A stretch of DNA of 64,000 bases from Macrostomum lignano (lineage: Eukaryota), in the NCBI GenBank assembly GCA_002269645.1, contig NIVC01000434.1, forward strand, positions 62,001 through 126,000. Direction: 5' to 3'. This document shows positions 22,701 through 37,900 of the stretch, piece after piece (the stretch's first letter is position 1; each line of letters opens with the position of its first letter). The position numbers and the translations under genes are program-made. Under the pieces are notes generated by a model. That model was not told where the DNA came from, ran no database searches, and saw only the letters and a program-made list of their open reading frames with translations.

Positions 22701-25700
22701 AGGAGGTCTGCCAATCCCCCTAGCAACTGAGGATCCAAGAGGGTCTGCCAATCCCCCTAGCAACTAAGGATCCGAGAGGGTCTGCCAATTCCCCTAGCAA
22801 CTGAGGATCCGAGAGGGTCTGCCAATTCCCCTAGCAACTGAGGATCCGAGAGGGTCTGCACAACCCCCTAGCAACTGAGGATCCGGGAGGGTCTGCCAAT
22901 TCCCCTAGCAACTGAGGATCCGAGAGGGTCTGCACAACCCCCTAGCAACTGAGGATCCGGGAGGGTCTGCAAATCCCCCTAGCAACTGAGGATCCGGGAG
23001 GGTCTGCATATCCCCCTAGCAACTGAGGATCCGGGAGGGTCTGCATATCCCCTAGCAACTGAGGATCCGGGAGGGTTCTGCATATCCCCTAGCAACTCAC
23101 TTGTAAACGCCCTGCAAAATAGCGGCAAAGCGGAACATCACGAAGGCGTGATAGAAGTCAATGTCGGGCACCCCGCCGCTCAGGCCCAAACGCTTGCAGT
23201 AGTCTTCAATGAGCTCCGCCTCAGTGGGCACCCCGTCTGGCAGAGGCTGCAGTGACGGCACCAAGAATTTATCGCTCCATTCCGGGTCGAGACGGTGAGC
23301 GAGAAGGCACGTGGCCAGGTCCGTTCGCGGGTGGCCGAGAGTGGACAACTCCCAGTCTAGGATGCCGATCACCTGGAGTTGTTTTTTGTTCCAGATTGCT
23401 ACTGTTCCAGAGTGCCACTGTTCTAGAGTGCTACGGTTCCAGAGTGCTCCTGTTCCAGAGTGCTCCTGTTCCAGAGTGCTACTGTTCCAGAGTGCTACTG
23501 TTCCAGAGTGCTCCTGTTCCAGAGTGCTACTGTTCCAGAGTGCTACTGTTCCAGAGTGCTACTGTTCCAGAGTGCTACTGTTCCAGAGTGCTACTGTTCC
23601 AGAGTGCCTTCTATTTAGGGGGGATGCCGGTTATCTTTGTGAAGGCTTTATTTTGTTATCCGTTGGTTACTTTTAGAAAAGAGATTCTTAGCAAACATCT
23701 TTTTCCGTGCCAATTTTACACGAATAAGGGATTTGTAAAACTGAAGACGAATTGGTTCTTAAGAAAATTTGTTTTTTTAATTGTAGTGATCCGCTAGTTG
23801 GTGTTAGGCGTCGCACTTTGTCAGCAGTCGCCCTTGCCTTCGCCCTCGCCCTGGGTTGCTGTCTGCCGCTGGTCAGCTTCCCGCCTCCCTCCTTTTGTCT
23901 GTCTGTTGCTGCTCCCTTCCCTCGTTTTGCCCGTTTTGCCCCTTCGTTTCTCAGCCCTCAGCTTCTCTCCTGTAAGCTGTCGCTGTTTCGTCAGTCTCGT
24001 TTTCCCCTGTCATGTGAGCCAGTCACATGACAGGTCTCTCGTTCTTGGAGTCCTAAAGTGCTGTAAACACTGCAATCGCTGGTCCTGTTTACTGAGTGAG
24101 TCACGTGCTTTCGGTCCCCTCCCTTCTCTAAGGAGAGGAGTGATTCATGTTGCTAAAAATAGCAACTGAGTCACAGCCGCGTGTACTTCTGCCCGGAGAC
24201 CCCAAGTGACGTCAGTTCTAAAAATAGAACGAGTCACGAGGTCTTGAGCGCATTGGGACTGTGCCCGGAGGCCATGAGTGACGTCAGTTCTAAAAATAGA
24301 ACCAGTCACAAGATCTTGTGCAATGGGACAGAGGTGAATCCCACGCTATAAATAGGACCCCTCTCCCCCTTGTTTCCGTCAAGGAGTTTTCAGTTATCAG
24401 TATTTGTAGCCGAGTTCCTGAGATTCTGACTATTCGTCTTCGGAATCTTCTTCTTGTCTAGTTTTCCGGACTTCGTTCAGTTGCCCATTTAAGCTATCAC
24501 CAATTGGCCTGACTAAAACTTAGACGCCCAAGCCTAAGGGAGGCTAACACTGCCTTCCCAGCCACCCCTGAGCCCGGCGGGGATCTGCTGACCAGGACGC
24601 CTTGTTCATTAATCTGCAAATCTGCACGCTGTGCTGAGTTCGTTGACTTGTTTATTTCGTTCCGACGGGAAGCTCACCTCACCGAAGGCCGAGACCTGAA
24701 GGAACTGGTGGCAGCACTACCTACGCTACTGAGAGAGTTAAGAAGGCTTTCGAGTGAGAAGACGGAGAGCCCAAAATCACTGAGCGGGACAGCGAGACAA
24801 CCCCGAGACAACCAAAAGTACAACATAATGGATTTGCATGAATAATTTTTGCTCCTTGCTTATTGGGTGCCCCGAGCGGCACTAGACTGCGAGTCAATTA
24901 GCTTAATTGTTATTTTGCTCAAAAACACCCCATAGTAGGTCACACTAAAAATGTCTCACAAAAAATTGAGTTTAGTTTATTATAAAAAACACACACACAC
25001 GCATTAAATTCAGACAATAATGGGAGATTAGGAAAAATCTGCATTACACAGGTGCAACAGCACTCATTGCTCACAAACACAAATGGAATTGGTAGATGAG
25101 TTAGCATTGCACTCGAAGCAATGTCGCAAAGCAAGCACTAAAGAATATAAAAGATTGTTAGTTGCCATTCGACAAATGCAGCTCAAGGTTAAAAAGCAAC
25201 AACGATTCAGTTGATTAATTTTTTCACAAAAAACTGCTTCAAGCCAGCAACGAGAGCAAGCAATCTAGCTCAGTCGTGAGAATAGGTATGATGGAGAATA
25301 GGATGCTGCCTTCAACCACTGCATACCTATGACAAGGAATGGCAGCTCATATCTAAATATACCCCTGTACCGCATTTAAGCCCTTGTTTATTGAATATTT
25401 CTAAGCCCCAGCAGCCAAATTTGATTTTGCTGATGATAAATAAAAATCACTGAGAATTTTGTGGGATTAAAATCAATTGGCGTGAGTCGAAAATTAGGGC
25501 TTCGATGCAAGAAAAAGGGGGGGCGGAGAGAGAGGGGTGGAGAGGGAGGGGAGAATTGGACGGATAGAAGCGGAGAGAGGGGCGGAGAGAGGGAGCGGGA
25601 TGGAGAGGCGTAAAGAAAAGGCAGAGGCAGAGAGAGGGGCAAAGAGAGGGGCGAAGAGAAAGGGCGGAGAGAAGGGGTAGAGAGGGGCGGAGAGAAAGGG

Positions 25701-28291
25701 TAGAGAGGGGCGGAGAGAGAGGGGCGGAGAGAAAGGGTAGAGAGGGACGGGGAGAAAGGGTAGAGGGGCGGAGAGAGAGGGGCGGAGAGAGAGGGGCGGA
25801 GAGAGAGGGACGGAGAGAGAGGGGGGCGAAGAGGGAGGGGCGGAGAGAAAGGGGCGGAGAGAAAAGGGCGGAGAGAAAGGGACGGAGAGAGAGGGGCGGA
25901 GAGAGAGGGGCGGAGAGAGAGGGACGGAGAGAGAGGGGGGCGAAGAGGGAGGGGCGGAGAGAAAGGGGCGGAGAGAAAGGGGCGGAGAGAAAGGGACGGA
26001 GAGAGAGGGGCGGAGAGAGAGGGGCGGAGAGAGAGGGGCGGAGAGAGAGGGGCGGAGAGAGAGGGACGGAGAGAGAGGGGCGAAGAGGGAGGGGCGGAGA
26101 GAAAGGGGCGGAGAGAAAGGGACGGAGAGAAAGGGTAGAGAGGGGCGGAGAGAGGGACGGAGAGAAAGGGTAGAGAGGGGCGGAGAGAAAGGGTAGAGAG
26201 GGGCGGAGAGAGAGGGGCGGAGAGAAAATGCAGAGAGGGGCGCAATCCGAACGGAAAGGTCGGCAGAAAACCAAAGCAGAAAACAGAATTAAACCAAGGC
26301 CGTTGTGCCAGATTTAGACATCGAAATAGAATAATTGGGAGACTGCTAAGAAAAAACAGGTGTTGGCAAATGGTTGCTTTGCACAAAAAGGTTAAAAATA
26401 TTTCCACCAAACAGGTGACTCAAAGCGCGAAATCTGTCCCTACAGCATAGTCATCGATCATTCGCTAAATAAGCGAATTTTGTTAGACAAGAAATTTGCG
26501 TAGAAGCATATGGCGCATCCAACATTAATGACGATACGCAATTCTGCATCACGTGACTTTGATTTGCGAGCGCCGAACGACATTATAGAGGGATTAATGA
26601 AAGGCATTTGAAGGTTAGAGAAATGGACGAATATAAAGCAAAAGCAAAATAAAATTTGCTTCTAGGAAAACTAGTTTTTAGGAAACAGCCATTCTAGGAA
26701 ACAGCATTATTCCAGGAAACAGCCATTCTTCTAGGAAACAGCATTATTCTAGGAAACAGCCATTCTTCTAGGAAACAGCATTATTCTAGGAAACAGGTGA
26801 GCGAGCGCGTGACTGCCCTGCCTCCCCGCTGGCTGCGGGGTCGACTCAACAAACAAGAAAATAATATTCAAATCACAAAAAGGCCCACCTGCAGCTTATC
26901 CCGATCGAATACCAAATTATCTAATCGGAAATCCCCGTGCACAACTCCACTGGGCTCGGGGCCTTCGGGCAGATGCGCCATCAACCATTTGTGCAGATCC
27001 GTCATCTCCGGTATCGGCTGGGCGTCGCCACCGACGCTGGCCTCGTATTGGCCGCGCCACCGCTCGATATTGCGCGCCAGATAGCGCTCGCGCTTGCCGT
27101 AGTCCGACAGATTAGCCGAATCTGGATCTACGCTGTGGATTAGAGCCAGGACCCGGATCATTTCAGAGTACACCTGCGGATGGGTGATTTCTTGGAATAT
27201 AGGGGGCGATTCAAATACAATTCAACGATAGCGATTCTAAGAAAAAAGCATCCGTTTTAAAAGAAAAGTCCGACTCCTAGGAAAGTAATATCGATTCTAA
27301 GAAGGTAAGATTGATTCTAAGAAAGTAAGATCGATTCTAAAAAGGACTGATTCTAAAAAAGCGACCGATTCTAAAATTAGTAAATAAATCGATTTTAAGA
27401 AAATAAGACCGATTCTAAAAATAAGATCGATTTTGAGAGAATAAAGCCGATTTCAAAGAAATAAAGTTCATTCTTAGAAAACAACACCGATTCTAGGAAA
27501 TTTAGATATGATCTCAGAAAATCCAGTTGACTCTATGAAACTGAAACGTCAACTCAAAGAAAACGGGGTGCATTATTTTTTGAAACGACGTCGCTTCTTA
27601 GAAGATTACTTATGTGTATGTCAATCTACGATTTTGATCTACGATCAAGATTAAGATTTCTTAAGTGTCGTTCTTAGAATTCTAAGAATCGCTCAATGAC
27701 GATATAAAATAGGCCTTCAAAAGTCGAACCTGTCTCCTCTGCTCCGGCTTCAGGTCCGGCAGTCTCACATCGGTGAACACCTGGCCACTCAGGTATTCCA
27801 TCACGTAGAACGGCGTGCCCAACACGCTGGAATCTTCGCACAGATCGAACAGCTCGGGCAGCGGGACGCCCCGCTGTCGCAGAGCCGACATCACCCTAAA
27901 CTCGCGTTCGATTGCGTGAGCCGACGGTAGCAGCTTGCCCGGCGGCTTCTTGCGCAGCACGAGTTCTCGCTGGCCCAGCCGAATGTAGTAGGTGGGGTTT
28001 GACTGGCCGTGGCTGAAGCCTCGGACTGTCAGCTCGGCAGTGGACTCGCTGGGGAACAGTTTGGCCAGGTAGGAGCGGAGTCGGTCCGCATCCAGGCGCA
28101 GCCGCTCCGACACCTCAACCGTGCCCGGGGGGTGCGGATCCTGCGGCGAGGATGCGGCCGTCTGTTGAAGTGAAACGCCGATTACAGATTTCAGATCGCG
28201 AATGGCCTGCTGGGAGCTCGTCACCTGCGGGACAGGAGTAGAGTAGATGTGACAGACTGATAGACAGACACAGACAGTCAGACAGATAGGC

Positions 28292-28343
<52 letters not shown>

Positions 28344-28377
28344 TGATAGACAGACACAGACAGTCAGACAGATAGGC

Positions 28378-28454
<77 letters not shown>

Positions 28455-28905
28455 CACAGTCAGTCAGACACACAGTCAGACACACAGACAGACACACAGG
28501 CAGACAGACAGACAGACAGACAGACAGTCAGACAGATAGACACAGTCAGTCAGACACACAGACAGACACACAGACAGACAGACACACAGTCAGTCAGACA
28601 CACAGTCAGACACACAGACAGACACAGACAGACACAGACACACAGGCAGACAGACAGACAGACAGACACACACAGTCAGTCAGACACACAGTCAGACACA
28701 CAGACAGACACAGACACACAGGCAGACAGACAGACAGACAGACAGACAGACACACAGTCAGTCAGACACACAGTCAGACACACAGACAGACAGACAGACA
28801 CAGACACACAGGCAGACAGACAGACAGACAGACAGACACACAGTCAGTCAGACACACAGTCAGACACACAGACAGACACAGACAGACAGACACAGACACA
28901 CAGGC

Positions 28906-28937
<32 letters not shown>

Positions 28938-31900
28938 CGACACACAGACTATAAAGCTTCATAAAAAGCAATTCAAGCCCTCCAATGTGCAGTTGATAGT
29001 CGGAATGGCCAATATATATTTGGAAAATATTAAGACGAGGGCCGGAATTCTCCTGAATAAAAATTCAAACTGAATTTATTATTTAAACTTAATGGGCAAT
29101 AGAAGTTATTGGCTTGAATTTTATGTTTGAGGACAGAAATTTTGATAAAATACTCAATTTGTTTTATAGGAGATAGAGCTTCTATGACCTCTAAATCTTG
29201 GTATACATTAAAAACAAACCACCATACCCACCTCCTCAATACTTACCCCAAAAAGCCACACCACAAAACCCACTCAACAAATCCCACACCACAGAACCCA
29301 TCCCACAAAGCTATAGAATGAAATTTATTCTCACCTTAATAGTTTTAATACCCAGCGCTTTTGCGGCCTTCAAGTTCTGGCCAATATCGTCCAAGAAGAC
29401 CACACTGCTGGCTGGCAAGCCAAGCCGCTCTAGCAAGATTTTGTAGATTCTCTCGTCCGGTTTTCGGCAGCCAACTTTGCAGGATTCAACAATCTGCGAA
29501 AAATCGAAGGCAGGATTACTGCTTAAATTACTGATTGGAAATCAAAACTTAGCAATGTCTGTTAATAAGTGAAAATATTAAATATTAAAATAACTCACTG
29601 ATAAAGACGTTAGAGGAAATTTGTAAGAAAGATAAGAGATACATGAGACAGAGAGAGAGCCGAGAGAAACATGCTGGAGGAATAAGACAGAGGGGTGAGA
29701 GAATCGTCTGCAAGGGGTAAAAAAGAAACGTGCAAGAGAGAAAAGAGAAACGTGCAAGAAGGATGAGAGAAACGTGCAAGAGAGAAAAGAGAAACGTGCA
29801 AGAAGGATGAGAGAAACGTGCAAGAAGGATGAGAGAAACGTGCAAGAGGGAAAAGAGAAACGTGCAAGAGGGAAAAGAGAACGCGTGAGAGGGAAAAGAG
29901 AAACGTGCAAGAGGGAAAAGAGAACGTGCAAGAGGGAAAAGAGAACGTGTGAGAGGGAAAAGAGAACGTGCAAGAGAGAAAAGAGAAACGTGCAAGAGGG
30001 AAAAGAGAACGTGTGAGAGGGAAAAGAGAAACGTGCAATAAGGAAAAGAGAACGTGTGAGAGGGAAAAGAGAACGTGTGAGAGGGAAAAGAGAACGTGTG
30101 AGAGGGAAAAGAGAACATGTGAGAGGGAAAAGAGAACATGTGAGAGGGAAAAGAGAAACGTGCAATAAGGAAAAGAGAACGTGCAAGAGGGAAAAGAGAA
30201 ACGTGCAAGAGGGAAAAGAGAAACGTGCAAGAGGGAAAAGAGAAACGTGCAAGAGGGAAAAGAGAAACGTGCAAAAAGGATGAGAGAAACGGAGGGAAAA
30301 GAGATACGTGCAAAAAGGATGAGAGAAACGTGCAAGAGGGAAAAGAGAACGTGTCAGAGGGAAAAGAGAAACGTGCAAGAAGGATGAGAGAAACGTGCAA
30401 GAGGGAAAAGAGAAACGTGCAAGAGGGAAAAGAGAAACGTGCAAGAGGGAAAAGAGAAACGTGCAAGAAGGATGAGAGAAACGTGCAAGAGGGAAAAGAG
30501 AAACGTGCAAGAGGGAAAAGAGAAACGTTCAAGAGGGAAAAGAGAAACGTGCAAGAGGGAAAAGAGAAACGTGCAAGAGGGAAAAGAGAAACGTGCAAGA
30601 GGGAAAAGAGAAACGTGCAAGAGGGAAAAGAGAAACGTGCAAAAAGGATGAGAGAAACGGAGGGAAAAGAGATACGTGCAAAAAGGATGAGAGAAACGTG
30701 CAAGAGGGAAAAGAGAAACGTGCAAGAGGGAAAAGAGAAACGTTCAAGAGGGAAAAGAGAAACGTGCAAGAGGGAAAAGAGAAACGTGCAAGAGGGAAAA
30801 GAGAAACGTGCAAGAGGGAAAAGAGAAACGTGCAAGAAGGATGAGAGAAACGTGCAAGAGGGAAAAGAGAAACGTGCAAGAGGGAAAAGAGAAACGTTCA
30901 AGAGGGAAAAGAGAAACGTGCAAGAGGGAAAAGAGAAACGTGCAAGAGGGAAAAGAGAAACGTGCAAGAGGGAAAAGAGAAACGTGCAAAAAGGATGAGA
31001 GAAACGGGGGGAAAAGAGATACGTGCAAAAAGGATGAGAGAAACGTGCAAGAGGGAAAAGAGAACGTGTCAGAGGGAAAAGAGAAACGTGCAAGAAGGAT
31101 GAGATAAACGTGCAAGAGGGGAGAAGGGAAACGTGCAAGAGGGAAAAGAGAAACGTGCAAGAGGGAAAAGAGAAACGTGCAAGAGGGAAAAGAGAAACGT
31201 GCAAGAGGGAAAAGAGAAACGTGCAAGAGGGAAAAGAGAAACGTGCAAGAATGATGAGAGAAAAGTGCTAAAGGGACTTTGAGACATGGTTGAAATACAG
31301 AAGCTGATTCAAATTTCCAACCAAAAGCGACGTACAACCATACTTGTGAATGAAGTGACAGAGCGATCGAGTGAATGTCAATAGTCCAATTCAAACAAAT
31401 GCGAATCGGATGCACTATTGGCTATTTGCCGGAATTTTCCAGGCACAAATAGAGTCGGGCTATGATTATACCAGCTATCTACGATAGCTTTCAAGAGAGA
31501 TAGAATGTTAAAAAATGGTACAGACAGACAGACTGGGAGCTGAACGAACACTGAGTGAGCGCGGGGGGATTACTGGGGAACGAAAACTGCACCATTTAAG
31601 TCCCGCGCTCATACAAGCCATTAAGCTGGGAGTTGCTATTCATATATGGGATTAGCTGGTCTTGCTCACTCGGTCAGTAATCGGAGGCTGCTTAGGTTGA
31701 AATTTTTTATCACTATCATTTATCTATCCGTAATGTATCTTTGACTATCAGTGTCTCTGCTTGCTGTGTGAGATCAAGGGCGATCTGGGTGTGTCTTTTT
31801 CTCACTCCGCCTGTCTTCTATCTCAGTGTTCTATCCATGAATGTGTCTATCCCTCTCTCCGCCTGTCTTCTATCTCACTGTTCTATCCCTGAATGTGTCT

Positions 31901-34900
31901 ATCCCTCTCTCCGCCTGTCTTCTATCTCACTGTTCTATCCCTGATTGTGTCTATCCCTCTCTCCGCCTGTCTTCTATCTCACTGTTCTATCCCTGAATGT
32001 GTCTATCCCTCTCTCCGCCTGTCTTCTATCTCACTGTTCTATCCCTGATTGTGTCTATCCCTCTCTCCGCCTGTCTTCTATCTCACTGTTCTATCCCTGA
32101 TTGTGTCTATCCCTCTCTCCGCCCGTCTTCTATCTCACTGTTCTATCCCTGATTGTGTCTATCCCTCTCACTCCCCGCCGGTCTTCTATCTCACTGTTCT
32201 ATCCCTGATTGTGTCCATCCCTCTCTCCGCCTGTCTTCTATCTCACTGTTCTATCCCTGATTGTGTCCATCCCTCTCTCCGCCTGTCTTCTATCTCACTG
32301 TTCTATCCGTGAATGTGTCTATCCCTCTCTCCGCCTGTCTTCTATCTCACTGTTCTATCCCTGATTGTGTCTATCCCTCTCACTCCCCGCCGGTCTTCTA
32401 TCTCACTGTTCTATCCCTGATTGTGTCTATCCCTCTCTCCGCCGGTCTTCTATCTCACTGTTCTATCCCTGATTGTGTCTATCCCTCTCACTCCCGCCGG
32501 TCTTCTATCTCACTGTTCTATCCGTGAATGTGGCTATCCCTCTCTCCGCCTGTCTTCTATCTCACTGTTCTATCCGTGAATGTGTCTATCCCTCTCTCCG
32601 CCTGTCTTCTATCTCACTGTTCTATCCCTGATTGTGTCTATCCCTCTCACTCCCCGCCGGTCTTCTATCTCACTGTTCTATCCCTGATTGTGTCTATCCC
32701 TCTCTCCGCCGGTCTTCTATCTCACTGTTCTATCCCTGATTGTGTCTATCCCTCTCACTCCCCGCCGGTCTTCTATCTCACTGTTCTATCCGTGAATGTG
32801 GCTATCCCTCTCTCCGCCTGTCTTCTATCTCACTGTTCTATCCGTGAATGTGTCTATCCCTCTCTCCGCCTGTCTTCTATCTCACTGTTCTATCCCTGAT
32901 TGTGTCCATCCCTCTCTCCGCCTGTCTTCTATCTCACTGTTCTATCCGTGAATGTGTCTATCCCTCTCTCCGCCTGTCTTCTATCTCACTGTTCTATCCG
33001 TGAATGTGTCTATCCCTCTCTCCGCCTGTCTTCTATCTCACTGTTCTATCCGTGAATGTGTCCATCCCTCTCTCCGCCTGTCTTCTATCTCACTGTTCTA
33101 TCCCTGATTGTGTCTATCCCTCTCTCCGCCCGTCTTCTATCTCACTGTTCTATCCCTGATTGTGTCTATCCCTCTCACTCCCCGCCGGTCTTCTATCTCA
33201 CTGTTCTATCCCTGATTGTGTCTATCCCTCTCTCCGCCTGTCTTCTATCTCACTGTTCTATCCGTGATTGTGTCTATCCCTCTCCCCGCCTGTCTTCTAT
33301 CTCACTGTTCTATCCCTGATTGTGTCCATCCCTCTCTCCGCCTGTCTTCTATCTCACTGTTCTATCCGTGATTGTGTCTATCCCTCTCCCCGCCTGTCTT
33401 CTATCTCACTGTTCTATCCCTGATTGTGTCTATCCCTCTCTCCGCCGGTCTTCTATCTCACTGTTCTATCCCTGATTGTGTCTATCCCTCTCACTCCCCG
33501 CCGGTCTTCTATCTCACTGTTCTATCCGTGAATGTGGCTATCCCTCTCTCCGCCTGTCTTCTATCTCACTGTTCTATCCGTGAATGTGTCTATCCCTCTC
33601 TCCGCCTGTCTTCTATCTCACTGTTCTATCCCTGATTGTGTCCATCCCTCTCTCCGCCTGTCTTCTATCTCACTGTTCTATCCGTGAATGTGTCTATCCC
33701 TCTCTCCGCCTGTCTTCTATCTCACTGTTCTATCCGTGAATGTGTCTATCCCTCTCTCCGCCTGTCTTCTATCTCACTGTTCTATCCGTGAATGTGTCCA
33801 TCCCTCTCTCCGCCTGTCTTCTATCTCACTGTTCTATCCCTGATTGTGTCTATCCCTCTCTCCGCCCGTCTTCTATCTCACTGTTCTATCCCTGATTGTG
33901 TCTATCCCTCTCACTCCCCGCCGGTCTTCTATCTCACTGTTCTATCCCTGATTGTGTCTATCCCTCTCTCCGCCTTTCTTCTATCTCACTGTTCTATCCG
34001 TGATTGTGTCTATCCCTCTCCCCGCCTGTCTTCTATCTCACTGTTCTATCCCTGATTGTGTCCATCCCTCTCTCCGCCTGTCTTCTATCTCACTGTTCTA
34101 TCCGTGATTGTGTCTATCCCTCTCCCCGCCTGTCTTCTATCTCACTGTTCTATCCCTGATTGTGTCCATCCCTCTCTCCGCCTGTCTTCTATCTCACTGT
34201 TCTATCCCTGATTTTCTTTACCATTCTGTACGTCAACAGTGGTGCCTATTTTTTCCTAACTAATTGTCGCCTTTATCTTTAGCAGCTCTGACACGCAAAA
34301 AACTACGCAATAGGCTCGGCCAATTCAACTTTATTTATAGCCTGCGCGTGCCAGCCGGCAGTTTAATTGGCGCAAAAGCCGAGCCAGACTATTTAGTACA
34401 ATTATATCCGCCTACCAAAATTGTTGCCCAAATTATTTTAATTACCCTGTTAGTCATGCTTTAGGAGACGGGGACAGCTGGTGATGACGGCCAGGCGGGT
34501 GCTTGTGATAAGAGGGCAAGGCGGGTGCTGGTGACAAGAGGGCAAGGCGGGTGCTGGTGATAAGAGGCCAAGGCGGGTGCTGGTGATAAGAGGGCAAGGT
34601 GGGTGCTAGTGATAAGAGGCCAAGGCGGGTGCTGGTGATAAGAGGGCAAGGTGGGTGCTAGTGATAAGAGGCCAAGGCGGGTGCTGGTGATAAGAGGGCA
34701 AGGTGGGTGCTAGTGATAAGAGGCCAAGGCGGGTGCTAGTGATAAGAGGCCAAGGCAGTGCTTGTGATAAGAGGGCAAGGTGGGTGCTAGTGATAAGAGG
34801 CCAAGGCGGGTGCTGGTGATAAGAGGGCAAGGTGGGTGCTAGTGATAAGAGGCCAAGGCGGGTGCTGGTGACAAGAGGCCAAGGCAGTGCTTGTGATAAG

Positions 34901-37900
34901 AGGGCAAGGTGGGTGCTAGTGATAAGAGGCCAAGGCGGGTGCTGGTGATAAGAGGGCAAGGTGGGTGCTAGTGATAAGAGGCCAAGGCGGGTGCTGGTGA
35001 CAAGAGGGCAAGGTGGGTGCTAGTGATAAGAGGGAAAGGTGGGTGCTGGCGACAAGAGGGTAAGGCAGGTGCTTGTGATAGGAATGGAAATATTTATCTA
35101 CCTGGATTTCTGTGTTACACGCAATTCAGTCTGGGCTAAATGAGAAGTGCTAAATAAAACATGCAATTATGCCCTACAGAAGTCAAAGTCGATGCCCAAG
35201 GTAAAGATAATAAGGGTCCAACGCGAGCGGAGATAAGAGAACAAATTGCAGGACGATTTATGGATAATTAATAACTATAACTAATCACGGAGGCCAGAAG
35301 CTGGACGTCAGCAAGAAAAAGCACTGATTAAAACCACGTGACGCTATAAATGAAGGTCATTGGAAGGTCGCTTTCGACTTTTCTCTCTGTCCTCTGTACC
35401 TGCTCTTCATCAGGTCAAGTAGTACTGCTAAATTTGCAGGTGATTTTCAAGATTCAAATCAGAAAAATTTCAAATTACGCTAAGCCCAAATTACAAACAA
35501 AAAATTACACAAATCCCAAATTACAAAAATTCCAAATTCCACAAATCTCAAACTGCACAAATTCCAAATTACACAAACCCCAAATTACACAAATCGCAAA
35601 AACACAAATGCCTAATCCCAAAAATCACAAATTACACAAACCTTAAATTACACAAATTCCAAATTGCATAAATCCCAAATTACACAAACGCTAAATCACA
35701 AAAATCTCAAGTTACACAAACGCTAAATCACAAAAATCCCAAATTACACAAACCACAAACTACACTAACCCCAAATTACACAAACCTTAAATTACACAAT
35801 TTTCAAATTACACTAATCATGAAATGATACAAAGCTTAATTTACAAAACTATAAATCACGAACTTAATTTTCACCGTCATTTAATTTTGCAAGTATTTTC
35901 ATAATTACTTTTTAAATCAGTTTCAAACAAAATGCCCTATGAAACTGAAGCAAGATTTGGCAGTGACGTATTCCTTCTTTTCCTGATCTCCCTAACCAGT
36001 CCATATTTCTTTGCATTTGAAGGATTTCCCATTCAATCAGTAGATTTTATTCAGATTTCATTTCCGTAACAAAGCTTTTTTCAGGGGTGAAATGCTATAA
36101 TTAGAAATTATAATTCGGCCATAATTATAAAAAAAATTTCCACCTGGCGTTCGTATACTTGAACGCTGCTAGGAAGTCACGCCATACGGAGTCGAATTTC
36201 TTAATAATAGCTGACCCTAATTGTCATGCAGAACTGAGCTAGCTAGTTCCATCGCGTAGGTACAACATGAACTTTGGAGAATAGGAAAAAGGGATTGAAA
36301 CCTTATTGGCAGGAGTAGCAAAACTCACAGAAAAGTAGCAAAGGATTTCATAAAGCTACCTGACTGTGATTCTATTATTATTAGACAACTAACGCCAGTC
36401 TTCATCTGACGCATACTAACTTAACCAAATATAACAATTGAAAACTGTTAATAAAGCAATTAAATCTACCAATCTTATCTGTAATTAAAATATCAGTTAA
36501 TCAACAAATTCAATTATGTAAACTGATCAACCAATTAACTAAAAAATAGTTCATTAATCAACCAATCAATTTTCTAGTTACAGTCAGGGGCTGTGTTTAC
36601 CCTGGATCACTTTAAGCGGAATTGTCACACAGCCGGCGAGAGGCATTACTGCCCATTCCACCGACTCCCTTGAGCAGGCACACACTCACAGGAGTGTACA
36701 GAGGCCCTAAATTTATTGATCGTTAGATATGTACACTTCACTGTGCCTTGGGGCTTAGCCCTTAAGTGCGTTAATTGCACGAGCAGAGCCAAGCCGAGAT
36801 TCCAATTTAGCCCCAAATTAATGCCCCCCTCCTCACCACATCGAACAGCCTGGCATCCAGCGGCATCAACGACGCGCCCTCCCGATTCATCCAATTGTTA
36901 GTCAGCAGGGCGGTTCGAAAGCCGCTGCTACGGCAGGCCCGCACAGCGTCCAGCATCTCCGGCAGAGGCTCGGCCAGGTCCATGGCCTCCAGCATGCCGG
37001 CGGCGTCGATTGGCCGACCGGCGCGGTTGGCGATTTCCCGGGAGAAAGCGACAGAAAATTCTTCTAGTGGCAATTGGCCGGTTTCCAATCTGTGCCAGGC
37101 GCCGCTGTCCCCGCCGCTGAGGATCGTCTGGCGGTCCAGTGCCGGGTGGGTGGACAGGTTGGTGGACAGGTAGATGGATAGGTAGATAACAGATGGTCAG
37201 GTAAGCAACCGGGTGGATGGACTAGCAGATGGACTAGTATATAAATTTAAGGGTTTTCATTGGGTTCCTTGAAACTTCACAATAGCAATCCGGCCCGCTC
37301 AAGGTTTTTGTCTCTTCTCTTCCCTTTCCTCCCCTATTCTCTCCTCTCCCTCATTTTTCCCTCTCCATTTTCTCTCACCTGGCCCGCAGCCATAAGCTGG
37401 ATTCTTTATCTGGCCCTGTGAGGTAAAAAAGTTTGCCGACCCCTGCATTAGGTGGACAAGGCATGCGTGGGTGGTTGGACATGATATCACTTGACAAGCA
37501 TGGACAGGTCAGGCTCATGACATGACAAGTCAGATGAAAGATATACAGGTAGATGGGTAATAGATTTTGCAGACATGCAATCAATCAAATAACCAATCAA
37601 TCAGTCAATTAATTAATCAATTAGTCATTCAATCAGTCAATCAATCAATCTGGTAGTGCTACACGCTTGGCGATGAGTAGGCTCAAGCCAGTCAATCAAT
37701 CAATTAGTGAGTCAGCTACTAAATCAACCAAATCAACCAAAGAACCAATCAATCAATCAGTCAATCAATCGAGCAATCAATCAGTCAATCAATCACCAAT
37801 CAATCAAGCAAGCAATCAAGCAATCAATCACCAATCAATCAATCAAGGAAGCAAGCAAGCAACCAGCCAATCAACTAGTCAATCAAAAAGTCAACTAATC

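Noticed and set aside
29578-31415. Long hydrophobic or basic ORFs (up to 539 aa) on both strands
   Set aside because: Products of the 22-bp minisatellite in ACAD10 intron 2.
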